Positions 1 to 10,090 are shown, counted from the first letter of the stretch. The stretch is 64,000 nucleotides of DNA from an uncultured delta proteobacterium (GCA_963706575.1 CAVPNL010000003.1:160001-224000), one strand, 5' to 3'. Notes: a model not told the origin generated them from the sequence alone. Numbers and translations are program-made.

Positions 1-262
1 TGCCCGTGCCGCCAAACCGATGACCCGCCAGGGATTTTGGAAGTTGTTGCGTCGCTATGCGATGCAGGCGGGACTTAAAAAGAAAATTACACCTCACAGT
101 TTAAGACATTCGTTTGCCAGTCACCTGCTCGAAGGCGGTGCCGACCTGAGGGCGGTTCAGGTCATGTTAGGTCATGTGGATATTTCTACAACCCAGATTT
201 ATACCCACGTTACCCGCGATCATCTTAAAAAACTACATCAAAAATTTCATCCCCGAGGATAG
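1..262 (+). CDS. xerD: Tyrosine recombinase XerD, 3' part (runs off window start)
   Basis: MTRQGFWK...[40 protein letters not shown]; HxxR, H and Y catalytic residues; TRQGFW is XerD-like. Confidence 0.88.
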   Translation, partial: ARAAKPMTRQGFWKLLRRYAMQAGLKKKITPHSLRHSFASHLLEGGADLRAVQVMLGHVDISTTQIYTHVTRDHLKKLHQKFHPRG

Positions 263-318
263 ACCACCCGCTTCAGATACGGATCCAATAATATCCCCGG
301 CAATCGCACCAATCATTG

Positions 319-567
319 TCAGTCAATTCGACTGTCAACATTGGCGGGCATTGCACAAAAATCGACATGCTCAAGGGATGAAACAAAAATTTTACAAGGC
401 GGGCAAAATTTTTTGGGTTTGCCCCTGCCAGACCAGAGCATCTTCATGCGATGATCGCTGCCACATTTGGGGCAAACACATTTAACCGTAAGAGGTTCTC
501 TCAATTTGACATGATGAACAAGCTTTTCCTCGCCTTTTAAACACTGATCTCTTTTGGATGCGGCCAT
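319..567 (-). CDS. Small protein with two CxxC pairs (putative Zn finger)
   Basis: CPKC and CPPC motifs; AGGAG RBS upstream of ATG. Confidence 0.65.
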   Translation of the reverse strand: MAASKRDQCLKGEEKLVHHVKLREPLTVKCVCPKCGSDHRMKMLWSGRGKPKKFCPPCKIFVSSLEHVDFCAMPANVDSRID

Positions 568-750
568 CTCAATATCTCCTTAAGGTAAAAAAATAAAATC
601 ATGTCCGTGGGCCTGTTCCAAGATTCCCCCTTTTGTTTTGGACCGCTCCTTTCCTGTGTGTTTTAACGATAGTTTTTCAGGCATCGAAGTTTCAATGCTT
701 CCGCAGCGTTGGCGTTAACCAATGCCGATTCAGTTGTCAATTCAATGGTC

Positions 751-903
751 CTATTTATTCTTCCTTTTATACTTCTTTAAAAGATCGCTAATTGCTTCTT
801 CGAGCAAAGCACCCAGAGATTTGTCCAGATCAACGGCAAGATGCTTGAGCGCTTTGAGTTTGCCCTCGTCAATCCGGGTAGAAAATGTTTTCTTTTTACT
901 CAT
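751..903 (-). CDS. Ribbon-helix-helix DNA-binding protein, 50 aa (absent from ORF track)
   Basis: Hand translation MSKKKTFSTRIDEGKLKALKHLAVDLDKSLGALLEEAISDLLKKYKRKNK*; beta strand TFSTRID followed by two helices. Confidence 0.8.
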   Translation of the reverse strand: MSKKKTFSTRIDEGKLKALKHLAVDLDKSLGALLEEAISDLLKKYKRKNK

Positions 904-910
904 GCGATAA

Positions 911-939
911 AACTTATATTAAATAAAAATATAAATCAA
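911..939 (-). promoter_or_regulatory. Sigma70-type promoter of the RHH gene, probably leaderless
   Basis: TTGATT-N17-TAAGTT, then 7 nt to ATG, with no SD sequence. Confidence 0.45.
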
Positions 940-1163
940 GAAAAAAATAAATAAATAATACATTTAATCTTATTTATATAATTCTTTCAAAATTTAATGC
1001 TTTTAATATTTAGGCCGGTTATAGTCTTCTGAAGCGCTTGATTTAGCGTCGATTCAAATTGTAAGTCCGTATGAGATTCTGGTTATCAATTGAGGACAAA
1101 ACGTGAAGCCGGGAGCTTAAGCGCCTTTTGAAGAGATGACTTTGTTGGCAGGACAAAATTGTT

Positions 1164-1586
1164 CTACAATTTTAAGAGATCGACTGGTATAATCCGAAAG
1201 GTCCCCTGCCCCATCGCTACCAACTCACCGTTTGAATTGTGAATATCAGCGCGTACGAAACTGGATCGCCCCGTCTTGTGCGTGCTCCAGGCGGTGCACA
1301 CAAACGCGTCGCTTTTGGCCGGCCGGGTATAATGAATATCGATGTTGATGGTCGTACAATTAAAACCGGATTCCAGCTGCGACCATATCGCCCAGGCCAT
1401 AGTCGTATCGATGAGTGTAAATAACACGCCGCCATGGGGTTGTTCCGGAAACGGCCAGCATAAAGCCGGTTTCGGAATTAAACGCGAGCGGGCTTTACCG
1501 TCTTCAGCCGCTTCAATCTGAATCCCTATCGCCTGGTAAAGCGAATTAACGTTCAATTGATCTAAAATGGTTGCTGTTATTTCCAT
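1164..1586 (-). CDS. PaaI family thioesterase (hotdog fold)
   Basis: HGGVLFTLIDTTM motif, IHYTRPA, GELVAMGQGTF. Confidence 0.88.
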   Translation of the reverse strand: MEITATILDQLNVNSLYQAIGIQIEAAEDGKARSRLIPKPALCWPFPEQPHGGVLFTLIDTTMAWAIWSQLESGFNCTTINIDIHYTRPAKSDAFVCTAWSTHKTGRSSFVRADIHNSNGELVAMGQGTFRIIPVDLLKL

Positions 1587-2088
1587 AGAGTTACCTTTCC
1601 TTTCTTAAATCGTATTTGCACCTGAATTTTGCACCCAATGTCTCTGTACTGCTTATACCAAATTAATGTATCTAACCAACCTCGAGTCAAATTGGAAGAT
1701 TTCAAAATTCAGGTATTAAATCAAAAAATTTTATAAAGGGCAAAAACCCATTAAATGGTCTGAACAGCTCCGTACAAGTCTTACATACCATTGAAGCGGT
1801 AATATTTCAGAACTGCACGCCGTTTGCTTTAAAACCTTTACCATTGCTCCTTTTTTTGCTATTTTTTTCTATTGTTTTAGCATCTGGCCATCTCCAGTCT
1901 TTTGAATTGGTTGCTGGCAAACCCAACTGCTACAGAAACTCCAGATGGTGCTCAATTATTTTTTACTAATACCTGAATTTTGGTACAAAATTCAAGTGAC
2001 GATTCGATTCTGGAAGTGATACCGGCTGGCTCGATCGACGGCATTATCGTTGGCTGTAAATTTGCCGGCGTGAATTATCCTAAAGCAG

Positions 2089-2577
2089 GTGAATCCTTTG
2101 AACGTTGCCCTCATCATCTTCGGATTAATTTTAGCCATTGCCGGCATGGTCGGGTGCATTTTACCCATTATTCCCGGGCCAATCCTCAGTTATTCTGCCC
2201 TGATACTTCTTTCCTGGATAAAAAATTGGCAGATCTTCAGTCAGACATTTTTAATAGTCATGGGCATACTGACTGCCTTACTGATCATACTGGATTATGT
2301 TGCCCCAGCGCTGGGGGCTAAAAAATATGGTGCCTCGAAACACGGTCTGTGGGGGTCGGCGATCGGTATGATTATCGGCATATTCTTTATCCCGCCCTGG
2401 GGCATGATCGTGGGCGCCTTTATCGGGGCCCTGGTGGGAGAACTGGCATCCGGAAAATCGGGCGGCAAAGCCCTGCGCGCGGGATGGGGCATACTGATTG
2501 GAAATGTACTCGGAATCGGCCTAAAACTGGCTTTCACCACTGTTGTCCTTTTTTATTACGTCAAGGAGATGTTTTAG
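2089..2577 (+). CDS. DUF456 (YqgC-like) membrane protein
   Basis: LPIIPGP, GAKKYGASKHGLWGSAIG, GAFIGALVGEL; Gly-rich TM helices. Confidence 0.85.
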   Translation: MNPLNVALIIFGLILAIAGMVGCILPIIPGPILSYSALILLSWIKNWQIFSQTFLIVMGILTALLIILDYVAPALGAKKYGASKHGLWGSAIGMIIGIFFIPPWGMIVGAFIGALVGELASGKSGGKALRAGWGILIGNVLGIGLKLAFTTVVLFYYVKEMF

Positions 2578-2677
2578 AAGCTGAGAACAACGACTTTCCC
2601 GATCGGCCTGCGCCTTGATGCATACCTTAATCTTTTAAGATCAGATATGTAATCCCGCAGCAGCGGGGCCATGAACC

Positions 2678-3079
2678 CTAATCCACATTTTTGAGATGCC
2701 AGAGGCATCCGCCGGATCCGAGATAAATGCACTTAAATCCTTTGTTGACTTCTCCTAAGGCGCGGGCGAACAAACGAATTTCTTCTTCACTTGAAATCAG
2801 TGCATTGATAACCATATCTGCAAAAAAAGTAATGATGCCTTCTTTTGAACAGCAGGCGCTCAAACGATTTTTATAGCACTTTAGCGTGCATACATCGGAC
2901 AGATGCGCCAATAAAAATTCATCGATATTTTTGCGAAACACAAGGTATTCTGCAATTAGATCACATAACGCCTGCCGGTCTTCTTCAGACAGTGATTGCA
3001 GGTGTTCAAGCACCATTTCGAGTGCATCAATCTGCTCTTGTTGGTAGGAACTCATTTTATTCCAAATGCCTCCTGCCAA
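2678..3079 (-). CDS. Cys-rich hypothetical protein (CxxxCxxxxxxxCC ... CxYLxxxGC), possibly C-terminally truncated
   Basis: CTLKCYKNRLSACC and CIYLGSGGCLW; YkgJ/CxxCxxCC-like; start may be the second Met (3055). Confidence 0.6.
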   Translation of the reverse strand: MAGGIWNKMSSYQQEQIDALEMVLEHLQSLSEEDRQALCDLIAEYLVFRKNIDEFLLAHLSDVCTLKCYKNRLSACCSKEGIITFFADMVINALISSEEEIRLFARALGEVNKGFKCIYLGSGGCLWHLKNVD

Positions 3080-3225
3080 CTTAATCTGCTGGTAATCGTT
3101 TTATCATAGATAATAACTTTTATGCTCAAACAAATAGCGCATAAAATAGAAAAAGCAGCTCAAGGAAACCGATCCTTTAAACTGCTTCTTCCGGCAACTC
3201 ATTGTTAAAGTGAAACGGATTTTAA

Positions 3226-3606
3226 TTATGCGCCGACGTAAATTCCTCTGCCGACCTTTTTGATTTTGCCTTCTTTGGAAGCTCTAAAAATAATATTTCT
3301 AACCTTTTTGTCTTCAAATCCGGTTTTTGCCCTCAGAGTAGGCACATTAACGCCTTTGCGGGATCTTTTGATAATTTTCAGAATTTGTTCTGTTGATGTC
3401 GTCTTTTTTGCTGCTTTTTTTCTGGGAGTCGCTTTTTTGACGGCAACGGCACGTTTGGTTTTGGCCCTAACGCTTTTCCTTTTTGCCTTTTTTGCCGTTT
3501 TTGGTTTCTGGGGTTTCCCGTAAGCGTTTAACAATTTCTCCATTTTCTTCTCAAGTGCTTTGATGTCTCTTTTAACTGCTTGCAAATCTTTTTTTAAAAT
3601 AGCCAT
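3226..3606 (-). CDS. Lys-rich protein: coiled coil, basic linker, C-terminal winged helix (putative nucleoid-associated protein)
   Basis: GGAGGA RBS; KKAKRK/KKATPRKKAAKK linker; C-terminal ILKIIKRS...EGKIKKVGRGIY. Confidence 0.75.
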   Translation of the reverse strand: MAILKKDLQAVKRDIKALEKKMEKLLNAYGKPQKPKTAKKAKRKSVRAKTKRAVAVKKATPRKKAAKKTTSTEQILKIIKRSRKGVNVPTLRAKTGFEDKKVRNIIFRASKEGKIKKVGRGIYVGA

Positions 3607-3849
3607 AATGTGCTTCCTCCTTCAATTTTTAACAAACGTTTGTCTTTAATTCGCAATTCATATTTGCCTATATATTCTAACAGGATTTTTAAAGAAAACA
3701 ACCTTTAACCGCATTTATAATGTACAATTCTTTTACTTTCAGTGCAGCGTCATCAATTTCAATCTAGCAGGAATAATTTAGCTCAACTGTCGGCTGTAAG
3801 GTTGTTCTACTGAAATTCAATTTAGCTAGTAGATGAGATAGTAATAAAA

Positions 3850-3878
3850 AGATTATCGGTAAGTTCTAATTTTGTCAA
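3850..3878 (-). promoter_or_regulatory. Sigma70-type promoter upstream of the Lys-rich gene
   Basis: TTGACA-N17-TAATCT with AT-rich upstream region. Confidence 0.4.
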
Positions 3879-4129
3879 GCAATAAAAGAAGAATAAAAAA
3901 GTAAAAGATAGTAAAGTCAATCATGAATTCGCCGGTCCCCTTTTCTTTTGTCTTAAGGGCTGTGATAGGTTTCATGTGTTCAATAATTTTTTTTGATAAA
4001 CCATCTTGCAAAAATCATCGTTTTTGATATAAAGATCTCTTTCATCGTAATGATTGATGCCCGGGATTTTTCAGAAGCTGAGACCAGGAATTATTTCATA
4101 GAAAATGAAAATTAAATTGGAGACAAATA

Positions 4130-4627
4130 ATGAAATTAACCGACATAGCACAGTTGGAAACATGGATCGCGCTTGAAAAAGATATTCATAAAAAATCCGG
4201 CCTGGATGTAAATGTTTTTGACACAAAAGGCTACAGAATATCTGAATTTAAAAACTGGGCCAATCGACTATGTCCTGAAATTAAAGCGACCGATAAAGGA
4301 CAGAGTTTTATCTGCGCACCGGCACATATGAACATTGCCACTTTAGCGATGCGGTCAAAACAGCCCGTTATTGAAGAATGCGATGCCGGAATGCTCAAGC
4401 TGGTTGTGCCTATTATTTTAAATGACGAATATATCGGGGCTGTCGGCGCATGCGGTTTCCTCCTCGATGATGGAGAGGTGGACAGCTTTCTGGTAAACAA
4501 AATGACGGATATCAACGAAGATAGGGTAGAAAGATTGTCCGAAGGTATTGACAGCATAACTACTGAGAAAGCTGAAATCCTTGCTCAATACATTGTGAGT
4601 CAAATTGCAGGGATCGTTACAAATTAA
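4130..4627 (+). CDS. Stand-alone PocR ligand-binding domain protein
   Basis: Three conserved Cys (NRLC, FIC, EECDAG), LVVPIILNDEYIGAV. Confidence 0.8.
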   Translation: MKLTDIAQLETWIALEKDIHKKSGLDVNVFDTKGYRISEFKNWANRLCPEIKATDKGQSFICAPAHMNIATLAMRSKQPVIEECDAGMLKLVVPIILNDEYIGAVGACGFLLDDGEVDSFLVNKMTDINEDRVERLSEGIDSITTEKAEILAQYIVSQIAGIVTN

Positions 4628-4804
4628 ATGACCTATTTTTGAGGACAGATTCCTTTCGGGATTAAACGAATTGATCGTAATCAACCTCAGCTATGATTTC
4701 AATGCAGTTGACAGATTGACTCTAATTGTGAATTAATACCAACAATCTTTTTCAACAAATTCACCCCGACCGCCAGACACTATTTAGCCTTCGGAGCTAA
4801 TCCT

Positions 4805-5359
4805 ATGAATAAGGTGATCATTTCAATCGTGGGACATGACAGATCCGGCATTATTGCCGCCGCGTCCAAGGTGCTTTTCGAACAAAATTGCAATATTGAA
4901 AACGTCAGTCAGTCAACACTTCAATTAGTATTTGCAGGTATTTTCATCGCCTCCACGCCCGAAGATCTTGCGGTGGAATCCCTGCATAAAAGTCTAACTG
5001 CTGAAATGGCGCCCCTGGGCCTTGATGTCCATATCACCTCGCTTGAGCCTGCCGCAGCTCCGATCGCACCGTCGCAAGATGAAGCCTACATTATTACAAC
5101 GAAGGGGCCTGACCGCAAAGGGCTGGTGGCCGGTATCAGCGAAGTTATCGCTCGATTCGAAGGCAACATCACCAACCTGCAGGCCGTTTTTAAAGGCGGT
5201 GATGATCCCGGTGATAATATTATGATTTACGAGGTTGACATCCCGCCGCGGACCGATCAGCAATCCCTGTATCGCGAATTGAAAAAGCGGGCGAATGAAT
5301 TGAAGCTGGAGATTGATATCCAACATCGCAATATTTTTGAAGCGATACACCGCATTTAA
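4805..5359 (+). CDS. Tandem ACT-domain protein (GcvR-like)
   Basis: ISIVGHDRSGII and ITTKGPDRKGLV ACT starts; ends QHRNIFEAIHRI as in ACT partners of DUF711. Confidence 0.85.
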   Translation: MNKVIISIVGHDRSGIIAAASKVLFEQNCNIENVSQSTLQLVFAGIFIASTPEDLAVESLHKSLTAEMAPLGLDVHITSLEPAAAPIAPSQDEAYIITTKGPDRKGLVAGISEVIARFEGNITNLQAVFKGGDDPGDNIMIYEVDIPPRTDQQSLYRELKKRANELKLEIDIQHRNIFEAIHRI

Positions 5360-5363
5360 CTCA

Positions 5364-5484
5364 AGGTGATAGGTGTCAGGTGTCAGCAAACAGATGATAG
5401 AACTCGAAATCTGATAATCCGCGAGTCATCAGGTTCGTAATCCTGACACCTGAAACCTACTGATTCCTGACATCTGACACCTGA
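5364..5484. repeat. Inverted heptamer arrays (AGGTGTC)n ... (CTGACAC)n
   Basis: aggtgtcaggtgtcag at 5371-5386; ctgacacctgaaacct and ctgacatctgacacctga at 5443-5484. Confidence 0.75.
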
Positions 5485-5497
5485 ATAGAAGGTAAAA

Positions 5498-6872
5498 ATG
5501 CTAACCCAACGAGAAATCCTGTCCACCATTGAAATGCTTAAAAATGAGCACCTTGACGTGCGCACCGTAACGCTGGGCGTCAATTTACTGGATTGTGCCA
5601 GCCATGATCTGGCAAAACTTAAAAAAAAGATCCACACCCGAATCTCCCATTATGCCGGCAATCTGGTTAGTGCCTGTAATCATATCGGTGAAAAATACGG
5701 CATCCCGGTGGTCAATAAACGAATAGCGGTCAGCCCTATTGCCGCAGTGGGTGCGGCCATGTCATCTTCACAACTGGTGGATGTCGCTCGGGTTTTGGAC
5801 GAGGCTGCCGCAGGGGTTGATGTCGATTTTATCGGCGGCTTTACAGCGCTGGTCGAAAAAGGAACCGCCCGTGGTGATAGGGCCCTGATAGAGGCGATTC
5901 CGCGAGCCCTGGCTGAGACGGATCGAGTGTGTGCTTCGGTGAATGTCGCCTCGACCAAGGCCGGCATCAATATGGATGCGGTTTTATTAATGGGCAAAGC
6001 CATCAAACAGGCTGCCCGGCTTACCGCCAAAAGCGATGGAATTGCCTGTGCAAAGCTTTGTGTGTTTGCCAACATTCCACAGGATATCCCCTTTATGGCC
6101 GGTGCCTATTTAGGCATCGGCGAAGCCGACGCGGTGATCAATGTGGGGGTCAGCGGACCGGGGGTCGTAAAGAATGCCGTGGATCGAGCCCTTGAAGCCC
6201 AGCCCGGGACTAGATCTGGGGCAAATATCAGATTTGATCAAAAAGACCGCCTATAAAGTCACCCGGGTTGGTGAGCTCATTGGCCGGGAGGTTGCCGACC
6301 ACCTCAATATTCGATTTGGCGTTGTCGACCTATCGCTGGCGCCGACGCCCAATGTGGGCGATAGTGTCGGGGAAATATTCCAGAGTCTGGGACTTTTGAG
6401 CATCGGTGTGCCCGGCACCACCGCCGCCCTGGCACTGATCAATGATGCCGTCAAAAAAGGCGGCGCATTTGCCAGTTCCAGGGTGGGGGGCTTGAGCGGT
6501 GCGTTTATTCCCGTCAGTGAAGACCTGAATATTTCCGAAGCGGCCCGAAAGGGTCACATCTGCCTAGAAAAGCTGGAGGCCATCACGGCCGTATGCTCGG
6601 TGGGATTGGATATGATTGCCCTGCCGGGCGATACCACCGATGAAACCATTGCCGCCATTATTGCCGACGAAATGTCGATCGGTGTCATCAACAATAAAAC
6701 AACCGCCACCCGCTTAATCCCGGTGCCCGGCAAAAAGGCCGGTGACAGCGCCTATTTTGGAGGGCTGCTGGGCCAGTCTACGATTCTCCCGGTAAACAAC
6801 GGCTCTAACCCGAATCCATTTATTCGACGCGGTGGTCTCATCCCCGCTCCGATACGAAGTCTGACAAACTGA
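5498..6872 (+). pseudogene. DUF711/UPF0210 (PFL-like) protein split by a +1 frameshift (pseudogene or sequencing error)
   Basis: Frames 5498-6256 and 6174-6872 join if one G of ggg at 6206-6208 is removed (...[13 protein letters not shown]...), giving 457 aa. Confidence 0.85.
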
Positions 6873-6906
6873 AGAAGCACATCCGAAAAAGCGCTGTCTA
6901 AAATAA

Positions 6907-6942
6907 ATGCCGGGACCCAATAAATATCCCGGCATCTCTTTA
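6907..6942 (+). terminator. Intrinsic terminator-like hairpin
   Basis: atgccggga / tcccggcat stem followed by ctcttt, downstream of the DUF711 stop. Confidence 0.55.
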
Positions 6943-7009
6943 ATTATTCCTAAAGCAGTTTAAATGCAATTGACTAAAGTTGAGGAATTCTGTCCTTTTT
7001 ATATTATTG

Positions 7010-7087
7010 CTCACGCAAAGCCGCTAAGCCACAAAGGATTATAATCTAAACAAAAAAACCCTTGGCCCCTTTGCGCCTTTGCGTGAG
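7010..7087. repeat. Palindromic GCAAAG/CTTTGC REP-like element
   Basis: ctcacgcaaagccgctaagcc ... ctttgcgcctttgcgtgag; sibling copy at 32881-32959. Confidence 0.7.
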
Positions 7088-7144
7088 GCCAAAAGCTGTC
7101 GTTCATTTAAGTCACTTCCTCAATGAGCATCTTTAAGTTAAAGC

Positions 7145-7537
7145 CTACTTAACCGAAATTACCGGACACTCCGCCTGAAGGATCACATATTGAGCAGTAG
7201 ACCCCATCAGCAATTTCCCGACTTTTGATCGACGTTTAACCCCCACAACGATTTGGTCAATCTGGTTCTCGTTTGCAAATTCAACCAGGTCCTCACCCGC
7301 TGACAGGCCGCGGATTAACAAATGCGTGTTGCAGGCAATGCCATCCTTCTCAAACAAAGACTTGGCATACTCCAATCCCCGCTCCGCCTGCTCGATAAAT
7401 TTTCTTTCAGATTCGGTCCCTTTCTGCATTGAAGTCACCACTTCAACCGCTGCCCCGAATACATTTGCATGGGATTTTGCCAGATTTAAAGCTTCCTTCG
7501 CCGCGTTGGTACCGTCATATCCTACCAATATCTTCAT
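7145..7537 (-). CDS. Universal stress protein (UspA family)
   Basis: MKILVGYDG, IVVG...GKLLMGSTAQYVILQAECPV; GGAGGAGG RBS before 7537. Confidence 0.92.
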   Translation of the reverse strand: MKILVGYDGTNAAKEALNLAKSHANVFGAAVEVVTSMQKGTESERKFIEQAERGLEYAKSLFEKDGIACNTHLLIRGLSAGEDLVEFANENQIDQIVVGVKRRSKVGKLLMGSTAQYVILQAECPVISVK

Positions 7538-7795
7538 AAGACCCTCCTCCATTTTCTGCCAAAGCAAAGCCCGTCAATGCTTCGGTTTTCAACCTAAAAA
7601 CTCATGACCTGAATGACCAGAATAACTGATTGATGATTTTCTTTTTAGCATAGACAATTTCAATTATCCACCAAAACATCACGAGATTTATCAAAGTGAG
7701 TCAAAACGTTTCATACCCGAGTCTCGCATAATGAGAAATGACAGCGAGATAGAATTTGCGAACCTTTAAAATTAATCATGACCGAGTGCAAACAG

Positions 7796-8314
7796 CTATT
7801 TTATTGCAGCGATCACCGCCCGCATAAATGCCGGCAAATCATCCGGGGTGCGGCTGGTGATCAGATTCCCATCAACAACTACCTCCTGATCGACCCATTC
7901 GGCACCGGCATGGACTAGATCATCTTTAATCGCAAAGAATGACGTCACCGTTTTACCCGCCAATATTTCCGCTGAAGCAAGCATCCATCCGGCATGACAG
8001 ATGGCGGCGACCACTTTCCCGCTCTCAAACAGGTCTTTGACCAGTTTCACCATCTGGGGGTATCTTCGCATGATATCCGGGGCATATCCACCGGGTATGA
8101 CCACGCCGTCAAAATCTGTCGCGGAAACCTGCTCTATGTTGACATCCACCTTAACTTCGGTACCGGGCTTCCCGGTATACGTTTCGGCGCTGCCCGACCC
8201 CACCACAGTCACCTCGGCGCCGGCCTCTTTCAAACGGTAATAGGGATACCAGAATTCAAACGTGTTAAACAATGATTCCACCGGAATTGCCACTTTTTTA
8301 CCCTGAAGTTCCAT
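7796..8314 (-). CDS. PfpI/DJ-1 family protein
   Basis: VIPGGYAPD, AAICHAGW, VVVDGNLITSRTPDDLPAF. Confidence 0.93.
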   Translation of the reverse strand: MELQGKKVAIPVESLFNTFEFWYPYYRLKEAGAEVTVVGSGSAETYTGKPGTEVKVDVNIEQVSATDFDGVVIPGGYAPDIMRRYPQMVKLVKDLFESGKVVAAICHAGWMLASAEILAGKTVTSFFAIKDDLVHAGAEWVDQEVVVDGNLITSRTPDDLPAFMRAVIAAIK

Positions 8315-8603
8315 ATTCAGCTCCCTTTTTGTTCATTTTCCATGGATATAATTGAATCAAATATATACATCTTTCCAAGCATGTCCATGGCAAAAGACTT
8401 TAAATCATGTTTAAATTAACCTTTTAAATTCGGATTGGAAAATCAATTTATAGTGCTGATATATAATAGAATACACTATACAATGTGTTTTCACGTGAAA
8501 CTTGAACTATTGTTTTGTGGCGATCGTTAAGATAGAATAAATAATATTTAGGGCAAAAAATTTCCCTTAAGCTAATGGTTAAATTCCAAAGCGTTGATGA
8601 TCC

Positions 8604-9032
8604 ATGATTCGTATAACCGAGACATTATTTATTGATGAAGACGAAATCCAACTTGATTTTATGCGTTCATCCGGGCCGGGCGGTCAAAATGTGAATAAAG
8701 TGGCCACTGCGGTTCAATTGCGATTCGACGTGAATCAATCGGCCTCTCTATCTGCCGACATTCGAGATCGCCTGATACGGATTGCCGGCAAAAAGATGAC
8801 GGATGATGGCATCCTGGTTATCAAGGCCCAGCGATTCAGAAGCCAGGACCAGAACCGCAAAGATGCCATTGGCCGCCTGATTGAACTGATCCGCCAGGCA
8901 ACCGTTAAACCAAAAACCCGGCGCAAAACCAGACCATCCAGAGCAGCCAGGGAACGTCGATTATCAGCTAAAAAAAAGCACAGCGAAATTAAACGCCGCC
9001 GCCGCGGGGTTAACCTTTCTGAAGATCCTTAA
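8604..9032 (+). CDS. arfB: Alternative ribosome rescue peptidyl-tRNA hydrolase
   Basis: RSSGPGGQNVNKV GGQ motif, basic C-terminal tail RRKTRPSRAARERRL. Confidence 0.93.
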   Translation: MIRITETLFIDEDEIQLDFMRSSGPGGQNVNKVATAVQLRFDVNQSASLSADIRDRLIRIAGKKMTDDGILVIKAQRFRSQDQNRKDAIGRLIELIRQATVKPKTRRKTRPSRAARERRLSAKKKHSEIKRRRRGVNLSEDP

Positions 9033-9219
9033 TTTTTATCCTCCCGACACCGGTTGCTGAATACACGGCTTTACGAAACGAACAATCCCCTTGACATCTG
9101 GTTTATTGATCCCGTAAGAATCAATTTCCTTCAGCCGGGTGTCACGATTTGCGTACTGGTTGCATTTTAATCGATATTTAGCGCACAGGGCACCATTGTG
9201 CTCAGAAAGGGCTTTATGG

Positions 9220-9555
9220 ATGAAACCGATATCCTGGAAGGATTTTGAAAAAGTTGAAATGCGCGCCGGCACGATCAACCGGGTGGAAGATTTTCCGGAA
9301 GCCAACATCCCGGCGTATAAAATCTGGGCGGATTTTGGTGATTTCGGCATAATGAAATCCAGCGCCCAGGTGGCCAAGCTTTATTCCAAAACAGACCTCC
9401 TCGGGCGACAGATTATCGGCGTCACCAATTTCCCGCCGAAACAAATCGGAACTTTTATGTCGGAATTTCTGGTAACCGGTTTTATACTTGAGAGGGGCGA
9501 GGTGGTGCTTGCTGAGCCACAACAAAGCGTCCCGAATGGATCCCGACTTGCATAG
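9220..9555 (+). CDS. csaA: CsaA-like tRNA-binding protein/export chaperone
   Basis: [39 protein letters not shown]. Confidence 0.88.
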   Translation: MKPISWKDFEKVEMRAGTINRVEDFPEANIPAYKIWADFGDFGIMKSSAQVAKLYSKTDLLGRQIIGVTNFPPKQIGTFMSEFLVTGFILERGEVVLAEPQQSVPNGSRLA

Positions 9556-9576
9556 AAACATAGAAGCAGCATAAAC

Positions 9577-10065
9577 ATGGTTAAAAAATTGGATTCTAAA
9601 AACAATTATTTGATGGGGGTGATTTCCGACACCCACGGGCACATACCATCCGGGGTATCAAAAGCCTTTGATGAGGTCGATCTCATCATTCATGCCGGTG
9701 ATATCGGTGAAGAAACGGTTTTAAATAAACTGTCAAAAATCGCCCCGGTTGTAGCTGTGCGGGGGAATATGGATTTTGGAAAATGGACCCGCCGATTGCC
9801 GGAAACAGAAACAATTGAAATTGGCCAAGTGGTTTTATATGTGCTTCACATTGCAAACCGGCTGGATGCAGATCCGGGTAAGGCCGGCTTCAAAGCCGTT
9901 ATCAGCGGTCATACGCACCTTCCGGATGTATATGAAAAAAACGGGGTTACGTTTATTAATCCGGGTAGTGCATCATATCCGAAATTCGGCCAGCCGCCTT
10001 CTGCTGCCTTGATTCAAATCAAGAGAGATGGCCTTAGCGTAAGACTTGTTCGCCTGCAAGACTGA
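9577..10065 (+). CDS. YfcE-family metallophosphoesterase
   Basis: ISDTHG, HAGD, VRGNMD, GHTH, NPGS. Confidence 0.9.
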   Translation: MVKKLDSKNNYLMGVISDTHGHIPSGVSKAFDEVDLIIHAGDIGEETVLNKLSKIAPVVAVRGNMDFGKWTRRLPETETIEIGQVVLYVLHIANRLDADPGKAGFKAVISGHTHLPDVYEKNGVTFINPGSASYPKFGQPPSAALIQIKRDGLSVRLVRLQD

Positions 10066-10090
10066 AAACAACCGAAAGGAGAATTTCACA

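Noticed and set aside
722..910. Plus-strand 62-aa ORF, and the many other antisense or overlapping ORFs in the track
   Set aside because: Shadow frames of well-supported genes, with no RBS or recognisable motifs
2627..2680. TAG read-through (pyrrolysine) adding GSWPRCCGITYLILKD
   Set aside because: The extension is short, derives from a palindromic repeat, and has no methyltransferase context
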